Below are positions 8,042 through 16,517 of a stretch of DNA of 32,000 bases, one piece after another. The notes under the pieces were generated by a model. That model did no database searches. It worked only from the letters and a program-made list of their open reading frames with translations, and was not told where the DNA came from. The stretch is from Cupriavidus necator (lineage in GTDB: Bacteria; Pseudomonadota; Gammaproteobacteria; Burkholderiales; Burkholderiaceae), in NCBI RefSeq assembly GCF_016127575.1, contig NZ_CP066019.1:2730001-2762000 (forward strand). The letters run 5' to 3'. Made by a program: the position numbers and the translations under genes. The number at the start of each line of letters is the position of its first letter. Position 1 is the stretch's first letter.

Positions 8042-8774
8042 GACGTGCTCCGGTCCAGCCGAGGCGCCTGAGCAAGGCCGGCGCCACCGCCTGCAGCGAC
8101 AGGATCAACGCCGCATAGAGCAGCGTGGCAATGCCGAAAGCCTGGAAGGCCATCAGCGTATCGGTCTCGACCTGGCGCGCGGTGTAAGAGAGTTCGGCAA
8201 AGCCGATCGCCATGGCCAGCGAGGTGTTCTTGATGGTCTGGCAAAACTGCCCCACCATCGGCCGCGCCGCAATCCGCAGCGCCTGCGGCAGCACGATGCG
8301 CCACCACGCGGCACGCGGCGCGAAGCCCAGCGCCAGCGCCGCGGCGAACTGCCCGCGCGGCACCGCGGCGATTCCGGCTTCGAGTTCCTGCGCATAGAAG
8401 GCGCTGGCATACAGGGCGATGCCGAATACGCTGGCCAGCGCTTCCAGCGACGGCGCGGGAATGGCCACGGCACACATCTGGAGGCCGCGCCAGTCCGAGA
8501 TCGCGCCGATGGCCGCATCGCCCAGCAATTGCGCGGCACCGAAGTACCAGAAGAACAGCTGCACCAGCAGCGGCGTCTTGCGCAGCAGCCCGATCACCGC
8601 ATTGGCCGCGATGGCCACGGGGCGCCACGGCACCCTGCGCAGCGCCAGCCAGGCTGCGGCCAGCGCGCAGCCGAGCAGGAACACCGCCAGCGACAGCGCC
8701 ACCGTCATGGCAAAGCCGCCGAGCAGCCAGTGCAGGTATTTGGCCGGCAACGACTGCCAGAGAATGGAAACCAT
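8034..8774 (-). CDS. Polar amino-acid ABC transporter permease
   Basis: ATG 8774. Permease signature: LLRKTPLLVQLFFWYFG, IAAVPRGQFAAALALGFAPRAAWWRIVLPQALRIAARPMVGQFCQTIKNTSLAMAIGFAELSY. Confidence 0.85.
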   Translation of the reverse strand: MVSILWQSLPAKYLHWLLGGFAMTVALSLAVFLLGCALAAAWLALRRVPWRPVAIAANAVIGLLRKTPLLVQLFFWYFGAAQLLGDAAIGAISDWRGLQMCAVAIPAPSLEALASVFGIALYASAFYAQELEAGIAAVPRGQFAAALALGFAPRAAWWRIVLPQALRIAARPMVGQFCQTIKNTSLAMAIGFAELSYTARQVETDTLMAFQAFGIATLLYAALILSLQAVAPALLRRLGWTGARHA

Positions 8775-8803
8775 GGGTCAGGGGCGATCAGGCTGTGGCG
8801 TGC

Positions 8804-9628
8804 TTACTTGACCGTGCTGCCGATGGTGAAGTCGCGCGCCAGCGGCGCCTGGCTCTTCGGCCCGAAGTACTTGTCGTAGATGCGCGCCGCCGTGCCGCTC
8901 TTCTCCAGCTCCAGCAGGATCTGGTCGATGGCGGCCTGCAGGCGCTCCTCGCCCTTGGGCACGCCCACGCCCATGTATTCGCGCGTCAGCGTGAAGGGCG
9001 AGATCTCGAACTGGTCGCGGTTGGGCAGCGTGGCCAGCAGCGCGCCGAGCTTGGCGCCGTCCTGCGCAAAGGCCTGGATCGCGCCGGTGCGCAGCGCCTG
9101 CAGCGCCAGCGGCGAATCGTCATAGGCGATCACGCGCGCGTCGGGGTAGCGCTGGCGCAGCGTGGTTTCCTGCGTGGTGCCCTTGTCCACGCCCAGGCGC
9201 CAGGCCTTCAGTTCATCGGGCTGGCGCAGCGCCCCCTTCCTTGCGATGAACTGCAGCCCGCTGGCAAAGTAAGGCGTGGAGAAGCCGATCTGCTGGCGGC
9301 GTTCATCGGTGATGGTGAAGTTGGCCGCGACGATATCCACCTTCTGCGAGGCCAGCAGCGGAATGCGGTTGGCGGGGTTGGTGGCGCGGAACTCCGCCTT
9401 GACGCCAAGGCGGCTGGCAATCTCGTTGGCATAGTCGACATCCAGGCCCGCTGGCGCATGCGTCTTCGGATCGACAAAGCCGAACGGCGGGTTGGCATCG
9501 AACACGCCCACGTGCAGCACGCCGGCCTTGCGGATATCGTCGAGGCGATCCGCCAGCGCGGTACCGGAGGCCATGACGGCAACGCCGGCGACGATGGCGC
9601 CGCGCAGCAGGAAGGAACGGAAGGACAT
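8804..9628 (-). CDS. Periplasmic amino-acid-binding protein (SBP family 3) of the ABC transporter
   Basis: Track ORF 8804-9637 begins at a GTG; ATG 9628 (MSFRSFLLRGAIVAGVAVMASGTALA/DRL) gives a normal signal peptide. SBP_bac_3-like strings: LHVGVFDANPPFGFVD, GLDVDYANEIASRLGVK, DIVAANFTITDERRQQIGFSTPYF. The start could be either codon. Confidence 0.85.
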   Translation of the reverse strand: MSFRSFLLRGAIVAGVAVMASGTALADRLDDIRKAGVLHVGVFDANPPFGFVDPKTHAPAGLDVDYANEIASRLGVKAEFRATNPANRIPLLASQKVDIVAANFTITDERRQQIGFSTPYFASGLQFIARKGALRQPDELKAWRLGVDKGTTQETTLRQRYPDARVIAYDDSPLALQALRTGAIQAFAQDGAKLGALLATLPNRDQFEISPFTLTREYMGVGVPKGEERLQAAIDQILLELEKSGTAARIYDKYFGPKSQAPLARDFTIGSTVK

Positions 9629-9735
9629 GGAAGGCACTCACTGAAGTCTGGATGGGCAGACGATAGCGGTGCGCGCCCCGATCAGGAACGAATGGTTTCG
9701 CAGATGGATATGCCGCCATGCCGGGCGGCGCGCGC

Positions 9736-10116
9736 TCAGGCGCCGAGAATCTCGATGCTGTCGACGCGGTCCGGGTAGAAGGCCAGGTGCGAGGCGATCG
9801 CCGCCACCGCGGGGTAAGGCGTCTCGTAGCTCCACACCGCATTGCGCGCGCGCTCGCCGCCGGCGGGGATGGAGAAGTAGCTGCAATCGCCCTTGTATGG
9901 GCAGTACGTCGTGTGCGCGGTACGCTCCAGCTGCGCCAAGTCGACATGCTCGCGCGGGATGTACTGCACCGGCGGGTAGGTCGCCTCTTGCAGGGTCAGC
10001 GCCGCGTCGCTGTCCGCAATGGCAATGCCCGCCACCCTGACCACCACCCTGCCGGCCGTCGGCGTGATGGTGATCGGGTGGTCGGGGCCGGGGATCCTGA
10101 CTGGCTTGTCGGTCAT
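9736..10116 (-). CDS. DUF427 domain protein
   Basis: ATG 10116 preceded by AGGAGGA. 126 aa with the family-typical pattern RVVVRVAGIAIADSDAALTLQEATYPPVQYIPREHV, TYCPYKGDCSYFSI, AVWSYETPYPAVAAIASHLAFYPDRVD. Confidence 0.8.
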   Translation of the reverse strand: MTDKPVRIPGPDHPITITPTAGRVVVRVAGIAIADSDAALTLQEATYPPVQYIPREHVDLAQLERTAHTTYCPYKGDCSYFSIPAGGERARNAVWSYETPYPAVAAIASHLAFYPDRVDSIEILGA

Positions 10117-10174
10117 GGCGCGTCCTCCTGCAGGGCATCGTCACGGGGGCGATGCTGCATTCTAGGCGTTCGCC

Positions 10175-10194
10175 GCGCGGCCTGCAGGCCGCGC
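10175..10194 (-). terminator. Perfect 20-bp GC palindrome downstream of the Bug gene (possible terminator)
   Basis: GCGCGGCC-TGCA-GGCCGCGC lies 24 nt past the TAG of the Bug CDS (10218-10220). There is no clear U-tract, so intrinsic-terminator status is uncertain. Confidence 0.4.
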
Positions 10195-10217
10195 CCGATG
10201 GTTCAGCCCAGCCGCCG

Positions 10218-11210
10218 CTATTCGACCTTGACGTTGGCCTTCTTCACCAGTGCGGCGTAGCGCGTGGCCTCGCTGCGGAAGAAGCTGGCGGCCGCCTCGG
10301 GTGTGCCGGGCTCGATCACGGTGGCCTGCTTCTTCATGGCCTCCAGCACTTCGGGCGAGGTGAAGGCCCTGGCAAATGCGTCATGCACGCGCTTTACCTC
10401 TGCCGGCGGCATGCCGGCGGGGCCGACCACGGCAAACCAGCCGGCGACGTTGTAGTGGGGCAAGCCTTGTTCGGCGATGGTGGGGATCTCCGGCGCGGCG
10501 GACGAGCGCTTGTCGCCGCACACGCCGATCGCGCGCAGTGTGCCGGCCTTCAGGTGCGGCGCCACCGCGTTGAGCGCAACCACGCCCAGTTCCACCTGTC
10601 CGGCGATCAGGTCGTTCATCATCGGGCCCGTGCCCTTGTACGGAACGTGGCGCGCACTCACGCCGGCCTCGTCCAGGAACATCTCCCCGGCCAGGTGGAT
10701 GATGGTGCCGTTGCCGGACGAGCCGTAGTTGTAGCCGTCGGGCCTGGCCTTGAGCAGCGCCACCAGTTCCTTCACGTTCCTTGCCGGCACCTTGGGATTC
10801 ACGACAAGCACCAGCGGCGTGGTGCCGATCACGCTGATCGGGGTGATGTCCTTGATGGCATCGAACGGCATGGTGCGGAACACGCTCGGGTTGATGACAT
10901 GGTTGTTCGAGACCAGCCCGAGCGTGCTGCCATCCGGCTGCGCCTTGACCACGGCTGCGGCCCCGGTGATACCGCCGGCGCCGGGCAGGTTCTCGATCAC
11001 CACCGGCTGGCCAAAGGCCTTGCCCAGGGCCGGACCGGCCGCGCGCGCGATGGTGTCCACGCCGGAACCGGCGCTGATCGGCAGGATCAGGCGCACCGGT
11101 TTGCCGGTATTGCCCTGCGCGAGCGCGCCGATGCCGGGCGCGGCCAGCGCGGCGGCCACGGTGGCGGCCAGCGCCAGCGCTGACTTGAGAAGGATGCGAC
11201 GGGGGTGCAT
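10218..11210 (-). CDS. Bug-family (TctC-like) tripartite tricarboxylate transporter substrate-binding protein
   Basis: Signal peptide MHPRRILLKSALALAATVAAALAAPGIGALA. Bug hallmarks: VRLILPISAGSGVDTIARA, VVIENLPGAGGITGAAAV, PDGSTLGL, YNYGSSGNGTIIHLAGEMF, HVPYKGTGPMMNDLIAGQVELG. No tctA/tctB genes are present in the window. Confidence 0.9.
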   Translation of the reverse strand: MHPRRILLKSALALAATVAAALAAPGIGALAQGNTGKPVRLILPISAGSGVDTIARAAGPALGKAFGQPVVIENLPGAGGITGAAAVVKAQPDGSTLGLVSNNHVINPSVFRTMPFDAIKDITPISVIGTTPLVLVVNPKVPARNVKELVALLKARPDGYNYGSSGNGTIIHLAGEMFLDEAGVSARHVPYKGTGPMMNDLIAGQVELGVVALNAVAPHLKAGTLRAIGVCGDKRSSAAPEIPTIAEQGLPHYNVAGWFAVVGPAGMPPAEVKRVHDAFARAFTSPEVLEAMKKQATVIEPGTPEAAASFFRSEATRYAALVKKANVKVE

Positions 11211-11286
11211 GAGGTTGTCTCCGTATCGTTATCGTAGGATCTTTGCGGGCTGCCGCTGTGCCGCGGCATGCCCGTCGTGGTACCGG

Positions 11287-12444
11287 TCAGCCGGCGCGGC
11301 CCTGGCCGAGCTGCAACAGGATCTCTTCGTTGTGCTCGCCGGCCCTGGGCAGCGGCCGGCGCACGCCCGGGCGGCGCCCGCCCATCAGCAGCGGCAGCAG
11401 CACCGTGGGCGTGGTCGAGCCGTCGTCGGCCTGCATCGGCACCAGCCCGCCGCTGGCAAGCAGGTGCGGATCGTCGAGCAGCTGGTCCGGGCGCACGATC
11501 GGCGCATAGGGGATGCCGGCGGCTTCGAGCCTGGGCGCCAGTTCTGCGCTGCGGTGGTGGCGCAGGATCGCGCCCAGCTCATCGAGCAGTTGCGGACGCA
11601 CCGCCACGCGCGAGGCATTGCTGGCGTACTCGGGCTTGCCGAGAAGCTCCGGATGCTCCAGCACCTGGCACAGCGTCGCGAACTGCTTGTCGCTGACCGC
11701 GCCGATAAACAGCTGCTCGTCGCCGGCCAGCGTAAAGACGTCATACACGCTCCACGCCGACACGCGCGACGGCATCGGCGGCGGCGCCTCGCCGGTCATC
11801 GCAAACTGCTGCATATGCTGCGAAGCCAGGAATACGCAGTTCTCGAACAGCGCGCTCTGGATCTCCTGGCCGCGCCCGGTGCGGTCGCGCTCGCGCAGCG
11901 CGGCCAGCACGCCGATGGCGCCGAACATGCCGCCCATGATGTCGTTGACCGAGGTGCCCGCGCGCAGCGGCCGCCCGCTTGGGCCGGTCATGTAGGACAG
12001 CCCGCCCATCATCTGCACCACCTCGTCGAGCGCCAGCCGGTTCTCGTACGGGCCGGGCAGGAAGCCCTTGTGCGAGACGTAGATCAGGTGCGGGTAGTCG
12101 CGCGACAGTGTGGCGTAGTCCAGCCCCAGCTTCTGCATCAGGCCGGGCCGGAAGTTCTCCAGCAGCACGTCGCTCTGGCCCGCCAGCTCGGCCGCGGCGG
12201 CACGCCCTTCCTCGGTGGTGATGTCCAGCACCACGCTCTTCTTGTTGCGGTTGAAGGCGCGGAAGAAGCCGATGCCCAGGCCCGGCAGGTTGCGCGTCTT
12301 GTCGCCGCCGGGCGGCTCTACCTTGATCACCTCGGCGCCCAGGTCGGCCAGGATCATGCCGCAGGTGGGGCCCATCACCATATGCGTGAATTCGACCACG
12401 CGGATGCCGGCCAGCGGCAGGGAGTTGCTGTTGTCTTGGGTCAT
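11287..12444 (-). CDS. Class III (CaiB/BaiF family) CoA-transferase
   Basis: Track ORF 11287-12510; start moved to ATG 12444 (MTQDNSNSLPLAGIRVVEFTHMVMGPTCGMILADLGAEVIKVEPPGGDKTR), 8 nt after the lyase stop. The family signature continues with NRNKKSVVLDITTEEGRAAAAELAGQSDVLLENFRPG. Confidence 0.9.
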   Translation of the reverse strand: MTQDNSNSLPLAGIRVVEFTHMVMGPTCGMILADLGAEVIKVEPPGGDKTRNLPGLGIGFFRAFNRNKKSVVLDITTEEGRAAAAELAGQSDVLLENFRPGLMQKLGLDYATLSRDYPHLIYVSHKGFLPGPYENRLALDEVVQMMGGLSYMTGPSGRPLRAGTSVNDIMGGMFGAIGVLAALRERDRTGRGQEIQSALFENCVFLASQHMQQFAMTGEAPPPMPSRVSAWSVYDVFTLAGDEQLFIGAVSDKQFATLCQVLEHPELLGKPEYASNASRVAVRPQLLDELGAILRHHRSAELAPRLEAAGIPYAPIVRPDQLLDDPHLLASGGLVPMQADDGSTTPTVLLPLLMGGRRPGVRRPLPRAGEHNEEILLQLGQGRAG

Positions 12445-12452
12445 CTTGCGTC

Positions 12453-13400
12453 TCAGGCAGCGGCGCCAGCAGGCTGGGCCGGGAAGGTCTTGGGCAGGCC
12501 GGCGCGCCACAGCGTGCCGTGCAGGGTTTCGTCCTTGAGCCAGCCAGCCACGTCTTCACGCAGCGCCAGCAAGCGGCCGATATCGATGCCGGTGTCGATG
12601 CCCATGCTGCCGAGCATGTAGGCCAGGTCTTCGGTCGTGACATTGCCGCTGGCGCCGGGCGCGTGCGGGCAGCCGCCGATGCCGGCCAGGCAGGCGTCAA
12701 AGCGGGTCACGCCGGTTTCCAGCGCCGCGTGGACGTTGGCCAGGCCAAGCCCGCGGGTATCGTGGAAATGGCCGCACCAGAACCGATCGCCGGCGATATC
12801 GACGGCGCGCGCAAACAGCTCGCGCACCATGTGCGGGTCGGCATAGCCGACGGTATCGGCCAGGCTGACGCGGTCGGCGCCGGCATCGAGCAGCGCCTGC
12901 ATCAGGCGCAGCACTTCATCGGGATCGACATGGCCCTGCAGCGTGCAGCCGAACGCGGTGCCGACACCGCCTTCGATCAGCGTCTTCGCGCCGCTGGCAT
13001 CGCGCGCGGCGCGGATGCGCGCCACTTCAGCCACCACTTCATCCGGCGTCTTGCGCAGGTTGGCCAGGCTGTGCGCATGGCTGGCCGACAGCGGCACGAG
13101 CATCAGGTCCGCGCCGCTGGCCAGCGCATCCTGCGCGCCGCGCAGGTTCGGCACCAGCACCGAGACGAACAAACCCGGCAGCGTGCGCGCGAACGCGACC
13201 AGCTGCGCGGTATCGGCCAGTTGCGGCAGCAGGTGCGCGGGCACGAACGAGCCCACCTCCAGCTCGCGCAGACCGGCCGCGTACGCGCCGCGGATCCACG
13301 CTTCCTTGCTGGCCGTGGGCAGGATGGTGCGGATGCTCTGCAGGCCATCGCGCAATCCGACTTCGCGGATAACGGCGTGGCGGGGAAAGGGAACAGACAT
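12453..13400 (-). CDS. HMG-CoA lyase-like (HMGL family) acyl-CoA lyase
   Basis: ATG 13400. Motifs: EVGLRDGLQS (substrate Arg-Asp), GADRVSLADTVGYADP, GHFHDTRGLGLANVHAALETG (His-x-His metal ligands), GIGGCPHAPGASGNVTTEDL. Confidence 0.9.
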   Translation of the reverse strand: MSVPFPRHAVIREVGLRDGLQSIRTILPTASKEAWIRGAYAAGLRELEVGSFVPAHLLPQLADTAQLVAFARTLPGLFVSVLVPNLRGAQDALASGADLMLVPLSASHAHSLANLRKTPDEVVAEVARIRAARDASGAKTLIEGGVGTAFGCTLQGHVDPDEVLRLMQALLDAGADRVSLADTVGYADPHMVRELFARAVDIAGDRFWCGHFHDTRGLGLANVHAALETGVTRFDACLAGIGGCPHAPGASGNVTTEDLAYMLGSMGIDTGIDIGRLLALREDVAGWLKDETLHGTLWRAGLPKTFPAQPAGAAA

Positions 13401-13496
13401 GATTCAGGGGCTTCCGGTTTGCGCCCCGCAGTGGGGCGACGGAAGAACTCTATGAGTTTCTGCCCAAGAGCTGAAGCGGTGATTCGCGCACGATAA

Positions 13497-13513
13497 CATT
13501 CCGAACCGGAATG
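13497..13513. promoter_or_regulatory. Candidate LysR-type operator (CATTCCG-N3-CGGAATG)
   Basis: Perfect 7-bp inverted repeat in the 216-bp divergent region between the lyase operon (start 13400, minus) and the LysR gene (start 13617, plus). It contains ATTC-N7-GAAT, i.e. a T-N11-A type core. Related copies: ATTCCCGGATGAAT 13545-13558, TTCCGGAA 13592-13599, TTCCGG 13412-13417. Confidence 0.45.
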
Positions 13514-13616
13514 TCTGCCGGGCGCCGCACAGCTACATCCAGAAATTCCCGGATGAATGATTACCGGCAACCAAAGGGGCTTAACATTCCATTCCGGAAA
13601 CACGCAGCCCCTTACC

Positions 13617-14579
13617 ATGCGAGACCTCGACCTCACCAGCCTGCGCCTGTTCGTCGCCGTCTGCGAAACCCGCAACATGGCGCGTGCGGGCGAGCAGGAG
13701 CACATCGTGGCATCGGCCATCAGCAAGCGGCTGGCGCAACTGGAAGGGACGGTTGGCGCAACCCTGCTGGAGCGGCGCCGCCGCGGCGTGATCCCGACGC
13801 CCGCGGGCGAAATGGTGCTGGCGCATGCGCGCGCCATGCTGGCGGCGGCGGACCGCGTCGCGCGCGACATGGCCGACTACGGCGCAGGCATACGCGGGCA
13901 GGTGCGGCTGCTGGCGACGGTGTCCTCAATGGCGGAATCGCTGCCGGACGATATTGCCGCCTTCCTGCAGCAGCCGGCCAACCGCGATGTGCGCGTGACC
14001 ATCGAGGAAAGCCTGAGCAGTGACGTGGTGCGAGCGCTGCGCGAGGGCTCGGCGCCGCTGGGCATCTGCTGGGACGCGGCCGACCTGGAAGGCTTCCAGA
14101 CCCGGCCCTACCGCACCGACCAGCTCGCGGCAGTGGTCCACGCCTCGCATCCGCTGGCGCAGGCCGAGGACTGCCGCTTCGAGGACACGCTGGACTACGA
14201 CCATATCGGCATGCCCGCCCAGACCGCGGTGCAGACCATGCTGACGCGCTATGCGGCCATCCTCGGGCGCGGCATTGGCTACCGCGCGGTGGTCTCGACC
14301 TTCGACGCTGCGCTGCGCTGTGTGCGTGCCGACCTGGGCATCACCATCATCCCGGCCGAGATCGCCGCGCCGATCGCGCCTACCTTCGGCCTGCGCGTGA
14401 TCCCGCTGCGCAACGACTGGGCGCGGCGGCGCTTTGCGATCTGCTTCCGCGACCTGGAACTGCTGTCGCCGGCGGCGCGGCTGCTGGTGGCCTTCCTTGA
14501 ACAGACCGCGGCGGCGGAAGCGGCGGCCGCCCCCGCGGACACCACGCCAGCGCGCAAGCCACGGCGCAATCGGCAATGA
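13617..14579 (+). CDS. LysR-family transcriptional regulator
   Basis: Track ORF 13557-14579; start moved to ATG 13617 (MRDLDLTSLRLFVAVCETRNMARAGEQEHIVASAISKRLAQLEGTVGATLLERRRRGVIPTPAGE). Divergent from the lyase/CoA-transferase/Bug operon. Confidence 0.9.
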   Translation: MRDLDLTSLRLFVAVCETRNMARAGEQEHIVASAISKRLAQLEGTVGATLLERRRRGVIPTPAGEMVLAHARAMLAAADRVARDMADYGAGIRGQVRLLATVSSMAESLPDDIAAFLQQPANRDVRVTIEESLSSDVVRALREGSAPLGICWDAADLEGFQTRPYRTDQLAAVVHASHPLAQAEDCRFEDTLDYDHIGMPAQTAVQTMLTRYAAILGRGIGYRAVVSTFDAALRCVRADLGITIIPAEIAAPIAPTFGLRVIPLRNDWARRRFAICFRDLELLSPAARLLVAFLEQTAAAEAAAAPADTTPARKPRRNRQ

Positions 14580-14762
14580 CGCGGCGTGGCGCGCAACTTC
14601 CTGTGCCGTTCAAGGGTTAGCCCGAGGCAATTTCGCAAGCAAATGTTGGGGAGCGGTGCGTAGACTGGCTTGCGTTTTTCGCCCCGGCCCACGATGGTAA
14701 AAGCCGGCCCCCGGGCGATGCTGACCCGACCATGCGCGCCACGACGGCGCAGGAGCACGCAA

Positions 14763-15455
14763 ATGAACTTCAACGGCAAGAACGTATTGATCACCGGCGC
14801 ACGCGGCAACCTGGGCCGCGCCGTGGCACAGGCCTTCGCGCAGGCAGGCGCGCGCGTGGTGCTGCTGGACCGGCATGCAGCGCCGCTGCCCGAAGCGGGC
14901 ACCGGCCACCTCACGCTGCAGGCGGACCTGCTGGATGCCGCCAAGCTGAGCGAGGCCGTCGCGCAAGCGGTTCAGTCATGCGGCCGCATCGACGTGGTGT
15001 GCAACCTGGCCGGCGGCTTCGCCATGGGCCCAAGCGTGCATGAAACCAGCGCCGAGGCCTGGAACCACGTGTTCGACATGAACGTGGGCACGGTGCTGAA
15101 CATGGCGCGCGCGGTGGTGCCGCACATGCTGGCCGCCGGCGGCGGCGCCATCGTCAACGTGGGTGCCAACTCGGCGGCGCGCGGGCTGGCGCAGATGAGC
15201 GCTTATTGCGCCTCGAAGGACGCGCTGGCGCGTGTGACCGAATCGATGTCGGCAGAGCTGCGCGACCAGGGCATCCGCGTCAACGCGGTGCTGCCCAGCG
15301 TGCTGGATACGCCCGAGAACCGCCAGGCCATGCCGGATGCCGATGCCGCGCGCTGGGTCAGCCTGGATGCGCTGGCCGACGTGATCCTGTTCCTGGCCTC
15401 GGATGCGGCGCGCGCGGTGCAGGGCGCGCTGCTGCCGGTGGTCAACCGCGCCTGA
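14763..15455 (+). CDS. Short-chain dehydrogenase/reductase (SDR)
   Basis: Track ORF 14670-15455; start moved to ATG 14763 (AGGAG 14751-14755). Cofactor motif ITGARGNLG, NLAGG, catalytic YCASK. The 3' end overlaps the convergent LysR gene by 14 nt. Confidence 0.85.
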   Translation: MNFNGKNVLITGARGNLGRAVAQAFAQAGARVVLLDRHAAPLPEAGTGHLTLQADLLDAAKLSEAVAQAVQSCGRIDVVCNLAGGFAMGPSVHETSAEAWNHVFDMNVGTVLNMARAVVPHMLAAGGGAIVNVGANSAARGLAQMSAYCASKDALARVTESMSAELRDQGIRVNAVLPSVLDTPENRQAMPDADAARWVSLDALADVILFLASDAARAVQGALLPVVNRA

Positions 15456-16398
15456 CGCGGGGCTTGCGCGCGGCCGGCTCGGCCGCGCTGATGGCGCTGG
15501 CCGCCTCCTGGATCTGCTGGCGCAGCCAGCGCCGCAGCCGGTCGGCATCGGTGCGCGCGTGCCAGATCTGCATCATGTCGACGTGGGGCAGCGCGAACGG
15601 CACCGGCAGCAGCACCAGATCAGGGTCGCGCGCCACGGCCTCTTCCGCGACCGAGCGCAGGCAGGTCAGCAGCAGTTCCGTGCCGCGCACCAGCCGGCTC
15701 GGCGCAAGGAAGCTCGACAATCCCGCCACCACCCTGCGCTTGTGCCCCTGCCGGGCAAGCGCACGGTCAACCACGCCGTTGAGGTCGCCGGTCAGCGTGG
15801 TCAGCAGGTGTTCGCACGCCAGGAAGGCGTCGAGATCCAGGCCATCGGCGATGCGCGGATTGGCGCGCGAGGCTAGCACCACGAAGTCCTCGCTGCACAG
15901 CCGCTGCTGGTGGAAGGTATCGGGCAGGTTCTCATAGAAACCCGCGATCGCCAGGTCGCAGGTGCCCTTCTCCAGTTCCTCGCGCGGCAGCTCGCCGCGC
16001 GTGTTGTGCGTGACCAGCACCACGCCCGGCGCCTGGCTGCGCAGCCGCGGCAGCAGGGCGGGCAGCAGCAGCTGCTCCATGTAGTCGGTGGTGTAGATGT
16101 GCAGGTGCTCGCTGCGCGCCAGGTAGTCGTGGCCGGCACAGGCATCATAGAACGCGTCGAGATCCCCGACCAGCCGCTGCACCTGTGGCGCCAGCGCGTG
16201 CGCACGCGGCGTCGGCGTCAGGCCGCGCGGCGCACGCACGAACAGCGGATCGCCGAGCTCGTCGCGCAGGCGGTTGAGCTTGTGGCTCAGCGCCGGCTGG
16301 CTCAGCGCCATGCGCGCGGCCGCGCGCGAGGCATTGCCCTCCTGATACAGCACGTGGAACACGTACAGCAGGTTCAGGTCCTTGCTGCCGATATTCAT
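15442..16398 (-). CDS. LysR-family transcriptional regulator
   Basis: ATG 16398. N-terminal HTH (LNLLYVFHVLYQEGNASRAAARMALSQPALSHKLNRLRDELGDPLFVR). Divergent from the DJ-1/PfpI gene. Confidence 0.9.
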   Translation of the reverse strand: MNIGSKDLNLLYVFHVLYQEGNASRAAARMALSQPALSHKLNRLRDELGDPLFVRAPRGLTPTPRAHALAPQVQRLVGDLDAFYDACAGHDYLARSEHLHIYTTDYMEQLLLPALLPRLRSQAPGVVLVTHNTRGELPREELEKGTCDLAIAGFYENLPDTFHQQRLCSEDFVVLASRANPRIADGLDLDAFLACEHLLTTLTGDLNGVVDRALARQGHKRRVVAGLSSFLAPSRLVRGTELLLTCLRSVAEEAVARDPDLVLLPVPFALPHVDMMQIWHARTDADRLRRWLRQQIQEAASAISAAEPAARKPRVRRG

Positions 16399-16406
16399 TT
16401 TTTGGA

Positions 16407-16419
16407 TAGCAGAGATCTA
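16407..16419. promoter_or_regulatory. Possible LysR box (TAG-N7-CTA) in an AT-rich divergent promoter
   Basis: TAGCAGAGATCTA lies in the 119-bp AT-rich gap between 16398(-) and 16518(+). Short and weak; listed only as a candidate. Confidence 0.25.
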
Positions 16420-16517
16420 ATAATAGAAGTTTTCGAATCATAGTCCGCTGCCTAGGATGGTGCCAGTGCCGAGGCATTTCTCGCCCGGCTGCCTGTGAAC
16501 CGACATGGAGCGGAACA

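Noticed and set aside
10750-12621. 623-aa plus-strand ORF
   Set aside because: It is antisense to the Bug, CoA-transferase and lyase genes. It spans three real genes and their intergenic gaps, which a genuine CDS would not do.
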